From positions 1 through 51,245 of the forward strand of contig WJJT01000054.1 in assembly GCA_014729555.1 (NCBI GenBank): DNA of 51,245 nucleotides, written 5' to 3'. The notes beneath the pieces were generated by a model. It was given only the letters and a program-made list of their open reading frames with translations. It had not been told where the DNA came from and searched no databases. Of the stretch, positions 30,232-39,342 are shown in pieces. The DNA comes from Candidatus Woesearchaeota archaeon. GTDB taxonomy: Archaea > Nanobdellota > Nanobdellia > Woesearchaeales > ARS49. Numbering within the stretch: position 1 is the first letter of the stretch; each line of letters starts with the position of its first letter. A program made the position numbers and the translations under genes.

Positions 30232-30870
30232 ATGGCAAAAGCAGTATTATTTGATTTTTGGGGGACATTAGTAGAAAACGGGACCTATTCTCCTCTAAGG
30301 CAGACTTATAATATACTTAGAGTAAGAATGAAATTCTCAGATTTTGTGATAAAAACAGAAGAAGTTCTAATGACAAAACCCTATGAAGACCAAAAAACAG
30401 CATTCACAGAGGTCTGCAAGGCATTCAACATAGAGCCAAAACCATTCATAATAGACAAACTCATAGGAGTATGGAACAAAAACAAACTATTAGCAAAACT
30501 ATACCCAGAGACAATAGACGTGCTGGAAGACCTTAAAAAGAAAAAATACAAGCTTGCAATAATATCAAACTGCCCAAACAACTCAGTAGAGCCTGTAATC
30601 GAAAAATTCGGGCTGGGAAAATACTTTGATGCAGTAATGCTGAGCTGGCAGACAGGCCACCTGAAAACAGACACAGAATTATTTGAAGAAACACTCAAAA
30701 AACTAAAAGCCAAGAAAGAAGACACACTAATGGTCGGAGACAGCATACCAACAGACATAGAGGGGGCAAAAAAGGCAGGAGTAAACGCAATACTCGTCGA
30801 CAGAAAAGGAAAAAAAGAGTGGCCTGAAAAGATAAAAGACCTGACAGAAGTAAAGAATGTTCTACCATGA
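30232..30870 (+). CDS. HAD-superfamily hydrolase
   Basis: DFWGTL, ISN and VGDSIPTDIEGA. Confidence 0.9.
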   Translation: MAKAVLFDFWGTLVENGTYSPLRQTYNILRVRMKFSDFVIKTEEVLMTKPYEDQKTAFTEVCKAFNIEPKPFIIDKLIGVWNKNKLLAKLYPETIDVLEDLKKKKYKLAIISNCPNNSVEPVIEKFGLGKYFDAVMLSWQTGHLKTDTELFEETLKKLKAKKEDTLMVGDSIPTDIEGAKKAGVNAILVDRKGKKEWPEKIKDLTEVKNVLP

Positions 30871-31613
30871 AAAAAGAAATAAGCTTCAAGAACAACAAAG
30901 GACAGACACTAATGGGATACCTTTATGTTCCTGAAGAAAAATACAAATCAAAATATCCTGCAGTTATTGTTTGTCATGGTTTAGGCGGAAACAAGGATGC
31001 GCAGAACAAAGTTGAGCTTTCTGAAGCGCTGTATAAACAAGGATTTGTTGCCCTGAGATTTGACTACAGCGGACACGGAAAAAGCGAAGGAAACTATGAA
31101 GACACCACAGTAACACAAATAATAAAAGACATACAATCAGCAATAGAGGCGCTGTATTCTCTTGAAAAAGTAGACAGAAAAAGACTGGGCTTAGTTGGGC
31201 ACAGCATAGGCGCAGTTGCAGCAATAATAGAGGCAGCAAAAGACAGCAGAATAAAATCAGCAGCAGCAATAGGAGCATTCTGCGAGCCAATGAAACCACT
31301 AAAAGCCTGCATAAAAAACAAAAAAGAATGCGAGGCATGGGCAGGCAAAGGAATAATAGAAGTAGAAGGCGGCCAGCTGAAATACGATTTCCTAAAAGAC
31401 TTTAAAAAATATAACCTACTGAATTTAGCCAAGAAAATAAAGATACCCTTTCTGCTTGTTCACGGAGCAAATGACCACATAGTAGCGCAAAAACAAGCAC
31501 AAACAATAGCAAAAACAGCAAAACTGCCAATCAAAATCGTGGAAGAAACACACATATTTGACAAAAAAGCAATAGAACAAGCAGTTGAATGGTTCAAAAA
31601 AACACTGAGGTGA
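30867..31613 (+). CDS. Alpha/beta hydrolase
   Basis: CHG, FDYSGHG, GHSIG nucleophile elbow, HGAND. Confidence 0.88.
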   Translation: MKKEISFKNNKGQTLMGYLYVPEEKYKSKYPAVIVCHGLGGNKDAQNKVELSEALYKQGFVALRFDYSGHGKSEGNYEDTTVTQIIKDIQSAIEALYSLEKVDRKRLGLVGHSIGAVAAIIEAAKDSRIKSAAAIGAFCEPMKPLKACIKNKKECEAWAGKGIIEVEGGQLKYDFLKDFKKYNLLNLAKKIKIPFLLVHGANDHIVAQKQAQTIAKTAKLPIKIVEETHIFDKKAIEQAVEWFKKTLR

Positions 31614-31618
31614 TTTCT

Positions 31619-32029
31619 ATGGACTGCGTATTTTGTAAAATTGTAAAAGGAGATATTCCTTGCCAGAAATTGTATGAGAATGACAAAATACTTGCGTTTC
31701 TTGACATAAGCCCAATACACAAAGGGCACACACTAATTATTCCTAAAGAGCACCATGAAAACATACTAGACATGCCAGATGAAACACTCGCAGAACTGGC
31801 AAAAACAACCAAAAAAATCTCAAAAGCAGTCAAAGAAGCAACAAATGCAGACGGGTTCAATGTAACACAGAACAACGGAGCAGCAGCAGGACAGGCAGTA
31901 TTCCACTTCCACACACACATAATCCCCAGATTTGATGGAGACGGGCTAAAAACCTGGCCACACAAAGACATTCCAGAAGAGGAAATGAAGCGAATACAGG
32001 AAGATATAGCAAGTTTTTTAAAAGATTAA
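31619..32029 (+). CDS. HIT family hydrolase
   Basis: CVFC, GHTL and HFHTHIIPR triad. Confidence 0.93.
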   Translation: MDCVFCKIVKGDIPCQKLYENDKILAFLDISPIHKGHTLIIPKEHHENILDMPDETLAELAKTTKKISKAVKEATNADGFNVTQNNGAAAGQAVFHFHTHIIPRFDGDGLKTWPHKDIPEEEMKRIQEDIASFLKD

Positions 32030-32048
32030 TATATTTTCTCCAATTAGT

Positions 32049-32200
32049 GGCGGCGTAGCTTAGCCTGGTATAGTACTGCGCTCATGAATGTTTTTCTTGA
32101 GCTATGAGGTTTTTAACCAATGATTACAAGAAAGCAGTGCAACGCAGGGGTCCCGAGAGGTATATACAAATATCCGGGAATTCAAATCTCGGCGCCGCCA
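32049..32200 (+). tRNA. tRNA-Met(CAT), elongator-type, with two introns (about 55 nt in the anticodon loop; 23 nt at 53/54)
   Basis: GGCGGCG/CGCCGCC-A; anticodon stem CTGCG/CGCAG enclosing 62 nt; T-stem BHB CCCG-AGA...CGGG-AAT gives intron 32158-32180. The first intron's boundaries are uncertain because its BHB is relaxed. Confidence 0.8.
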
Positions 32201-32943
32201 TTTTTAATATCATACAGGTTTATTTTTCCATCTAAGATTAAATTCTTTTGTTCGTAATTTAAATTAGCTGGGCAGAATCCAAATTTCTTCCAAATCCTAT
32301 ATTTCAGAAGGTGTTTTTCATTTCTTAAACCAATTATTTTCAAATATCTTTCAACATTTTTGACTCCGTTAAGCGATAAAACCCATGTTTTGTTAGGGCG
32401 AGCTTTGCTTTCTTTTTCTTCGTTAAAAGATGCATTCAATTGAAATTTTTCCAATAGTTTCGCAACTTGTTGAATAAGTGGTTTAGATTTAGATGTCAAA
32501 CGAAGTTCTGGATAAGAATGATATTTTCCTTTAAAGGGTTTTCTAAATTTTAAGTAACCATCTGTATCGAACAATCCTCTGATACACGCTATTGTGAATT
32601 TTTTATCAGATAAAACCCATGCAGGAATTTGCATATCTGTCTTTGGACCTAAAGGCAATCCCATTCTTTTCTTGAATAAAATCAAAGACTTGCGATGATA
32701 TTTCATTTCAACAGTATTTTTCCTAATGTGTATATGAGAGGGAAAAATATTATACAGTTTTTTGATTAATTCTTTTACAAATTCGCTATATGCCACATCA
32801 TTTATCGCATCTGCAGAGTATGAAAAAGTATTATTGTTATATTTAGGATAAATATTCATGAAGCCATCTCCAATATGAATTCCTGTTTCTTCTGCCAGTT
32901 CTTCACTATATTCTGTCGGTAATTTTAATTTGTATTTTACCAT
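32182..32943 (-). CDS. Free-standing two-motif LAGLIDADG homing endonuclease
   Basis: LAEETGIHIGDG and IRGLFDTDG motifs; AT-rich; its last codons overlap the tRNA-Met 3' end. Confidence 0.88.
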   Translation of the reverse strand: MVKYKLKLPTEYSEELAEETGIHIGDGFMNIYPKYNNNTFSYSADAINDVAYSEFVKELIKKLYNIFPSHIHIRKNTVEMKYHRKSLILFKKRMGLPLGPKTDMQIPAWVLSDKKFTIACIRGLFDTDGYLKFRKPFKGKYHSYPELRLTSKSKPLIQQVAKLLEKFQLNASFNEEKESKARPNKTWVLSLNGVKNVERYLKIIGLRNEKHLLKYRIWKKFGFCPANLNYEQKNLILDGKINLYDIKNGGAEI

Positions 32944-33077
32944 GTCAAATAGTTTAGAATTACGTCTTTAAATAGTCTACGAGAACCTGTCCAGTGACCT
33001 GTGATTATTTGGGAAAAAATCGAAAAATTTTCGGAAAATTAAGTAACTTTTAAAAACACCCATATGTTTTCTTACTT

Positions 33078-33129
33078 CTATGCCGTGGCACAACCGTGGC
33101 AAACTTTTAAAAAAAAAGTTTGATCAAAA
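33078..33129 (+). repeat. tRNA-5'-like fragment fused to a CAAACTTTT-A5-AAAAGTTTG hairpin
   Basis: CTATGCCGTGGCACAACCGTGG resembles 33183-33207; the hairpin recurs at 49732-49751. Confidence 0.55.
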
Positions 33130-33186
33130 CTCTTCAAGCAGGATCTGCGATCCCGCGATATGCGGATTGTGCTACGCAATAGCTAT

Positions 33187-33292
33187 GCCGGCGTGGTACA
33201 ACCTGGTACTGCGCGAGACTGGAAAATTGGAACCCGTTCCAAATTCTTGGAAAAAGGGGTTTCCAAGAAATCACGTTTCCTTCGGGATACCC
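33187..33292 (+). pseudogene. Truncated, intron-containing tRNA-Ser(GGA)-like copy
   Basis: GCCGGCG-TG-GTA..TGC-G-CGAGA-CTGGAA, a structured insert, then TCACG and the V-arm TTTCCTTCGGGATA identical to the intact tRNA-Ser; ends in poly-A with no T-arm. Confidence 0.75.
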
Positions 33293-33311
33293 AAAAAAAA
33301 TCGCCTCCAAT

Positions 33312-33395
33312 GCCGCAGTCGCATAACCTGGTATTGCGCAGGACTGGAAATCCTGTTTCCTTCGGGATATCCCGGTTCAAATCCGGGCTGCGGCG
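33312..33395 (+). tRNA. tRNA-Ser(GGA), intronless
   Basis: GCCGCAG/CTGCGGC-G; CAGGA-CTGGAAA-TCCTG; V-arm; CCCGG-TTCAAAT-CCGGG. Confidence 0.95.
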
Positions 33396-33454
33396 TTTAT
33401 ATCCATAAAATTTTTATATTTTAATCAATTAAACACTAATAAGGAGGTTTTAAA

Positions 33455-33931
33455 ATGTACGAAATTAATTCACCATTACGAAGAGGGGGATCTATCAGTA
33501 AAGCAGATCCTGAATTCATTGCTCGCGCAACTCATTTAATGGGACAGTCTGCTCAACTAGCAGTTGACGCATTAGGAGATCTTGCTGCATTGGATTCTTT
33601 AGTTCAAGGAAGTTTTATGAAACAATTAAATAACGCTGCAGGCGCATTGACAGGAAAAACAGATATTACAGACTCCAATAAAAAAATAGAAGCAGCATTT
33701 GCTAAAAGTGAAATTACTGCCAATGCATTTCTTGGAAGAGCATTTGGACAGATGAGAGGTATTTGCGATTATATTGAAGATTGTAATTATTTATTAGGAA
33801 ACAGGTGTAAATCAGTCATTAGAGAAGCAATACACTCTTCTCCCAAGACCATCAGCGGAGTTGCTGGAACATTAGGAGTTAGTCAAGGCTATTTAGAGAT
33901 TGCTCTCTTGAGATGTGCATATGGTACCTGA
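33455..33931 (+). CDS. Hypothetical helical protein
   Basis: AAGGAGG RBS; atypical T-ending codons; GQMRG..DYIED motif. Confidence 0.7.
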   Translation: MYEINSPLRRGGSISKADPEFIARATHLMGQSAQLAVDALGDLAALDSLVQGSFMKQLNNAAGALTGKTDITDSNKKIEAAFAKSEITANAFLGRAFGQMRGICDYIEDCNYLLGNRCKSVIREAIHSSPKTISGVAGTLGVSQGYLEIALLRCAYGT

Positions 33932-34373
33932 AAATTTTGATTTTATTTTAAAACAAGCAATGGATATTTTATATGCCAAGCTTGATGATGCATGGAGTTG
34001 TGCCCAAGCATGGGAACAAAGCCGAAAAAAGACTTCAGGAGTTAGAGGAATATTTAATTTGGTCACAAATCCTGATGATTATTTTGAGAATAAACCCCGA
34101 GTCAAACAGTTAGAAACTCAAAAAGAATATCTTACTGGTCAAATGGCCGGCGCATCAAATGCTATTATAGATTTTATTGAAGACAATCTGCCCCCTGCTC
34201 TTGCTGAACAAGTTATTACTGCAGCAAGAGGCAGTGTTGAATCATATCTTAGACAAAATAAGAGCAAGATAAAAAGATTTAGTGATGATTCAACCACTGT
34301 AATAAATGAGTTAGGAAGTTCTATTGAAACTGCAATGCATGATGCTGCTCAAAGATATTATAGTAATCAATAA
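33921..34373 (+). CDS. Hypothetical helical protein, probable paralog of the upstream gene
   Basis: GQMAG....DFIED motif; overlaps the upstream stop. Confidence 0.7.
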   Translation: MVPENFDFILKQAMDILYAKLDDAWSCAQAWEQSRKKTSGVRGIFNLVTNPDDYFENKPRVKQLETQKEYLTGQMAGASNAIIDFIEDNLPPALAEQVITAARGSVESYLRQNKSKIKRFSDDSTTVINELGSSIETAMHDAAQRYYSNQ

Positions 34374-34748
34374 AAGTAAAATACAACAACTCCAAAGAGT
34401 TTCTTGATCAATCTGCTCAATTAAAGCAGAAAAGGCTGGTTTTAGTTATAGAATGAAGTTTTATGCTTCTTATGATGGACTAAAAAGGGCGATCAATAAG
34501 ATGGCCAGGAATAATGAGCCTTTGCCTATATTGTTGTATTTGATTCAATAAAAGGTTTCTGAGTAGCTTATACCCACAAAACCCTGGGAGGAAAAAAGAA
34601 TTATTGAAAAAGTATTGCATGCTGCGCAGCATGCCACGCTATACAAAGACAAAACAGCGATGATGGCAGGTGCAGGCACATTATTATTAAAAAAAACAAC
34701 ATTTATATATCTGTATACTTTTTTGAATATTAAACGGGTGCTGATACA

Positions 34749-36149
34749 TTGACGAGGAAACTAATTAAGAGACTCACCACAATAAAAGATATAAACACGT
34801 CTAAAACAAAAAAATCAAAAACTTCTACTGCAAACACGATTGCTGCAGACTTTAAGAAAGACGCTTCTGAGATAGAAACTGCAGCAAGAAAAGATGCTTC
34901 TAAGACAGAAATCGCAGCAATGAAAGAATCCTACGGCCCAGATGATACAAGAGAGGAAGCAACCAGATTCATAGAAAACAAGCAGATAAGTCCTGACAAT
35001 CTCGCAGAGACATACGATGACTACAACTGCCTATACAAAGGGGTGTCAAGCATAGAAGAACTTATAATAAAGCAAGACGGTGGAATTGGAGGCTACAACT
35101 GCCTGCGAGAACTAGGAAGAGGCGGGCTCGCAGTTGTCTACCTTGCAGAAGACAAGGTAGGGCTGAGGAATATCCCAGAACAGGTCGCGATGAAAGTGCC
35201 TGTAGCACCTGGAAAAATACCAAAAGGACAATTAGAAAATGAGATAGAGATCTGCCTAAAAGCACAGAAAGCCATGAAGAACCTGGACAAAATAGGGTGG
35301 ACAAGAAGACCAAACATAATCAGAATATATGACCACAACAAAGGGGACATAACCTATGCAGTGCTTGAACTGCTCGGACAGGAACTGAAAAGAAAAAGAC
35401 CTGAAAAAACCGGAAAAGTAACCAAATGCGCAGCAGACATGATCTGGGGCGAGAGCATAGGGCAACAGCCAGTCAAGGTAGCTGTGTTCATATATGATAT
35501 ACTTCACGCAATAACATTCCTTCATGAAACAGGCATTGTACACAGGGACATAAAACCCTCAAACTGCATGTCAGGAGAGACCTGCCTGCGCGCAAAACTA
35601 TTTGACTTTGGGGGAGCACTAGACCTTGAAAATGAGGAAAAAATAGGAAATGCAAGCATGGTGATGTCACCACCATACATATCAAGACACATCGCAAGAA
35701 TAATGTCAAGATACCATTTTACAACTGACGGACTCTTCGGGCGCTGCAACTACACAAGACTCTCAACAATACTAAGGACAGCAGACATACACGCAGCAGC
35801 ACATGCAACAGCAGAGCTGCTCACAGGCATAAGCCCTTATGCATTTACAGACAAGGAACCTGAAATTGAAATGACAACCGGAGAACCCAGATACCCCAAC
35901 CTATTGGACGGCTGCAGGACAGTGTCAGAGGCAGTGAGAAGGATAAGAAATTACAAAGGAGACCCGCTGCACCTGAAAAAAGTGAGTGCACTTCCAATGG
36001 GAGAGATATTCGTTGATGTAATACAAAAACTAATGCATCCAGAGATAACAAAACCAGGAGGGCTGGAGGAAGTCTACGCAACGCTCAAAGAGGCAACAAA
36101 ACAGCCTGCAATGTTTCCAGCCTATAAAAAAAGCGAGGCAAATCTTTAA
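34749..36149 (+). CDS. Hanks-type Ser/Thr protein kinase
   Basis: LGRGGLAVVY, VAMK, HRDIKPSN and DFG; no TM segment seen. Confidence 0.9.
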   Translation: MTRKLIKRLTTIKDINTSKTKKSKTSTANTIAADFKKDASEIETAARKDASKTEIAAMKESYGPDDTREEATRFIENKQISPDNLAETYDDYNCLYKGVSSIEELIIKQDGGIGGYNCLRELGRGGLAVVYLAEDKVGLRNIPEQVAMKVPVAPGKIPKGQLENEIEICLKAQKAMKNLDKIGWTRRPNIIRIYDHNKGDITYAVLELLGQELKRKRPEKTGKVTKCAADMIWGESIGQQPVKVAVFIYDILHAITFLHETGIVHRDIKPSNCMSGETCLRAKLFDFGGALDLENEEKIGNASMVMSPPYISRHIARIMSRYHFTTDGLFGRCNYTRLSTILRTADIHAAAHATAELLTGISPYAFTDKEPEIEMTTGEPRYPNLLDGCRTVSEAVRRIRNYKGDPLHLKKVSALPMGEIFVDVIQKLMHPEITKPGGLEEVYATLKEATKQPAMFPAYKKSEANL

Positions 36150-36174
36150 ATAACCCCAAGCACAGCTTATTCTC

Positions 36175-36849
36175 ATGAAACTAGGAGCATTATTCTCAGG
36201 AGGAAAAGACAGCACATATGCCTTGTATAAAGCAAGCAAAGAGCATGAAGTAGTCTGCTTGATAGCAATTAAGTCATTTAATCCTGAGTCATACATGTTT
36301 CACGTGCCTGCATTTGAACATATTGAAAAACAGGCAGAGGCATTAGGAATACCATTAATTCTTGCAGAGACAAAAGGAGAAAAAGAAAAAGAACTAAAAG
36401 ATCTGCAAAAAGCAATTGAAGATGCTAAAGAAAAATACAAAATAGAAGGAATCGTGACAGGGGCAGTAGCATCAACATACCAGGCATCAAGAATACAAAA
36501 AATCTGCAGTGCACTAGAGCTATGGCAATTCAATCCACTATGGCAGATAAAACAAATGGAACTGCTGAAAGACTTGATAAAAGATAATTTTGAAGTGATA
36601 ATAACAGGAATCGCAGCATATCCCCTGGATGAATCCTGGCTTGGAAGAAAATTAGACGAGAAAATGCTTAAAGAGCTTGAAAAACTAGAAAAAGAATACA
36701 AGATAAATGTAGCAGGAGAAGGAGGGGAATTTGAGACACTTGTTGTTGATTCTCCAATACACAATAAAAAAATACAATTAGCAGAGACAGAGAAAGAATA
36801 TTCAGACCACCACGGAACATTAATAATCAAAAAAATGGAGCTAAAATGA
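36175..36849 (+). CDS. dph6: Diphthine--ammonia ligase
   Basis: SGGKDS PP-loop, SYMFH, YQASRI, GEGGEFET. Confidence 0.92.
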   Translation: MKLGALFSGGKDSTYALYKASKEHEVVCLIAIKSFNPESYMFHVPAFEHIEKQAEALGIPLILAETKGEKEKELKDLQKAIEDAKEKYKIEGIVTGAVASTYQASRIQKICSALELWQFNPLWQIKQMELLKDLIKDNFEVIITGIAAYPLDESWLGRKLDEKMLKELEKLEKEYKINVAGEGGEFETLVVDSPIHNKKIQLAETEKEYSDHHGTLIIKKMELK

Positions 36850-37373
36850 TATTAGTAATAAACACATGCAAACATAAACTGCATTCTGCAGAGTTTGTAA
36901 AGCCAATAATAGACCTGCTGGATGATTTTAAAGTAAAACACTTCACAGAATTAAAAAAACAAGACATTGAAAAAGCAGATAAAATAATAATCTCAGGAAC
37001 AGCATTAAAAGACAATGAGGCAAGAAAACACCTGAAAAAATTCGCGTGGATAAAAGACCTTGACAAGCCGTTGCTTGGCATATGCATGGGAATGCAATTG
37101 ATAGGCCTGATACATGAAGCAGAAATCTATGAATGCAACGAGATAGGGCCGACAAAGATAACCATAACTGAAAAGACACAATTGATAGATAAAACAGAAC
37201 TTGAGGCATATGAACTGCATGATTTTGCAACAAAGCTCCCAAAAGGATTCAAGGAAATGGCAAAAAGCGAAAAATGCCTTCAGATAATGCAGAAAGGAAA
37301 AATATGCGGCATGATGTTCCACCCAGAAGTCATGAACAAAGAAATAATTCTTAAATTTGATAGAAAAGATTAA
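36846..37373 (+). CDS. Stand-alone class I glutamine amidotransferase
   Basis: ISG, LGICMGMQ and FHPE triad. Confidence 0.87.
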   Translation: MILVINTCKHKLHSAEFVKPIIDLLDDFKVKHFTELKKQDIEKADKIIISGTALKDNEARKHLKKFAWIKDLDKPLLGICMGMQLIGLIHEAEIYECNEIGPTKITITEKTQLIDKTELEAYELHDFATKLPKGFKEMAKSEKCLQIMQKGKICGMMFHPEVMNKEIILKFDRKD

Positions 37374-37400
37374 ATACTGCAGATTCCCCTTTCTTTTATC

Positions 37401-37928
37401 ATGGCAGTAGCCGACTCAGAACAAGAAGCAAAAATAATAGGAATCACCAGCAGGGCATACCAGGAAGCCTGGAGCGAAATAATAAGCCTTATTGCAAGAC
37501 TGGAAGATTACCTTGAAACAAAATACAACACAGGCATTGATGACCTAGAGCAGGGCAAGGTATATGCTGCTCCAGAAACAGGAGGAGTGTGGGTAGCAGA
37601 CAAAGTCAGAATACCCCTGAACACAATAGATTTTCAAATCCTTGACTTTCTAAAAAAATCCAGAGTACTGTTTGCAGACCTTGCGAACCTGGGAGCTCTT
37701 GTTAAAAAACTGCCTGCAAGCGCAACAGAAATACTAAACAATATATCCCCACTACAAGCAAGAGCAAATGCACTGCTTAGGACTAGCGAGGCAGAGCTGG
37801 AAGGCTTTAAAGACAAGACAAGAAATGAAACTGCAATACTAAGGATAACAACAGACCTGGCAACAATACAAAAATACGCACACACACTCATGGAGCTGTC
37901 CTTAAGCAAAAAAGCAGCAGCTGCATAA
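37401..37928 (+). CDS. Hypothetical protein
   Basis: 175-aa ORF with host-like codon usage. Confidence 0.65.
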   Translation: MAVADSEQEAKIIGITSRAYQEAWSEIISLIARLEDYLETKYNTGIDDLEQGKVYAAPETGGVWVADKVRIPLNTIDFQILDFLKKSRVLFADLANLGALVKKLPASATEILNNISPLQARANALLRTSEAELEGFKDKTRNETAILRITTDLATIQKYAHTLMELSLSKKAAAA

Positions 37929-37950
37929 TTCTAAAACGATAGCTATAAAT

Positions 37951-38832
37951 ATGACTAAAAAACTAGCAGGTTTCATGGCAAAAAAGAAAAAAGGCAGAGC
38001 AATAAACACAATAGGAAAAACACTGGTATTCACAAGCACAGCAGTAATGTACATGTTCAAAGGACTCTACACATTCTTAGACGGCATAGGCTCTGCAATA
38101 CTGTTCACAAGCAAAAAAGTAAAAGAAAAAAGAACAGAAAAACCAGGCAATAAAAAAGAAAAAGCAAAAAACAGGCCTAAAACATCTGCAAAATACACAG
38201 TACTAAAAGACATAAAGCCAATAAAAGGAAAATCAACGTCATTTGAAAACTTCTTTCATAAATCAGACAGCACAATCGGGATAATACTAGGAGCAAGAGG
38301 CACAGGAAAAAGCGCAATAGGGCTAAAGCTGTTAGAAAACGCGCATGCAAAGGCAGGAAAACAAGTCTATGCAATAGGTTTCAATGCAAAAGACCTGCCA
38401 GGCTGGATAAAAACAGCAAAAACACCAGAAGAGGTGGAAAACAACTCCCTGGTCCTGATTGACGAGAGCGGAATAAGCTTTAGCTCAAGAAAATCAATGT
38501 CAAACTCAAACCAGTTATTATCATCCTTGTTAATGGTAGCAAGGCACAAGAACATAAGTGTTTTATTTATTACACAAAACAGCTCAAACCTTGAAGTAAA
38601 TGCATTAAGACAGGCAGACTTCTTAGTAATGAAGCCAAGCTCATTAATGCAGAAAGACTTTGAAAGAAAGAAAATAAAAGAAGTCTATGAAGCAATGGAA
38701 CCAGGCTTTGAAGAATTAAAAGAAACAACAGGTTTAACTTATATTCATTCTGACAAATACCAGGGATTTGTAACAAACGAGCTACCATCATTCTGGACAA
38801 CAAGAGTCAGCAAGGCGTTTAAAGAGAAATAA
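37951..38832 (+). CDS. Membrane-anchored P-loop ATPase (Zot/pI-like)
   Basis: Walker A GARGTGKS, Walker B LVLIDE, ARHK...ITQ; start may be at 37975. Confidence 0.7.
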   Translation: MTKKLAGFMAKKKKGRAINTIGKTLVFTSTAVMYMFKGLYTFLDGIGSAILFTSKKVKEKRTEKPGNKKEKAKNRPKTSAKYTVLKDIKPIKGKSTSFENFFHKSDSTIGIILGARGTGKSAIGLKLLENAHAKAGKQVYAIGFNAKDLPGWIKTAKTPEEVENNSLVLIDESGISFSSRKSMSNSNQLLSSLLMVARHKNISVLFITQNSSNLEVNALRQADFLVMKPSSLMQKDFERKKIKEVYEAMEPGFEELKETTGLTYIHSDKYQGFVTNELPSFWTTRVSKAFKEK

Positions 38833-38854
38833 AGCTCTAAAAAGAGGTGCAGCA

Positions 38855-39049
38855 GTGATAAACATAGAAGATGCAAAGAAAAACAAGAAACTAATAGACT
38901 ATGAAGACATAAAAGATACTGTAATCGCTAATTCTATCAAAAAAATGCAAACAAACAAAAAAACAAAAATTGGAACCAAAGGTTCCAAATTCACGAAACG
39001 AGGTTTTGCGAAAGAAAAAGAGCAAGACAGGCTCTTGTGCGAGTTCTAG
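38855..39049 (+). CDS. Small hypothetical protein
   Basis: GAGGTG RBS upstream of a GTG start. Confidence 0.45.
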   Translation: MINIEDAKKNKKLIDYEDIKDTVIANSIKKMQTNKKTKIGTKGSKFTKRGFAKEKEQDRLLCEF

Positions 39050-39342
39050 ACTATTGGTTCCATTGGAACCTTAGCAAGCTTTGCAACACACCTGTTATCC
39101 TCGCAGACACACTTTCCGCCACAATCCAGTGTGCCTTCCCTGCACTCCATTGTGCAGAAAACATCTGTGCAGTCAGGAGCCTGATCCTTGGAAACGCAGC
39201 CAGTTGCGTGACAGCAATCAGACGGGACACAGTCCTCATCTGAATTGCAAAACCCCGATGCATAGGAGGGAGGCTTGACCACGCAACCAGTTACTGCCAG
39301 TAAAATAAAAAACAATGCTGCAAAAAAGATTCTGGTTCTCAT
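39046..39342 (-). CDS. Cys-rich lipoprotein (CxSDxDC-type domain)
   Basis: Lipobox VTGC; CNSDEDCVPSDCCHATGC...CTMEC...CGGKCVCEDNRC. Confidence 0.75.
   Translation of the reverse strand: MRTRIFFAALFFILLAVTGCVVKPPSYASGFCNSDEDCVPSDCCHATGCVSKDQAPDCTDVFCTMECREGTLDCGGKCVCEDNRCVAKLAKVPMEPIV

Noticed and set aside
32081-32142. Alternative splicing giving an Ala(TGC) or Val(CAC) anticodon
   Set aside because: The acceptor stem has C3-G70 (no G3-U70) and fits Met; no better BHB supports those positions.
33080-33424. ORFs over the tRNA-Ser region (likewise 48023..48265 and 49529..49885)
   Set aside because: They are translations of tRNA sequence.
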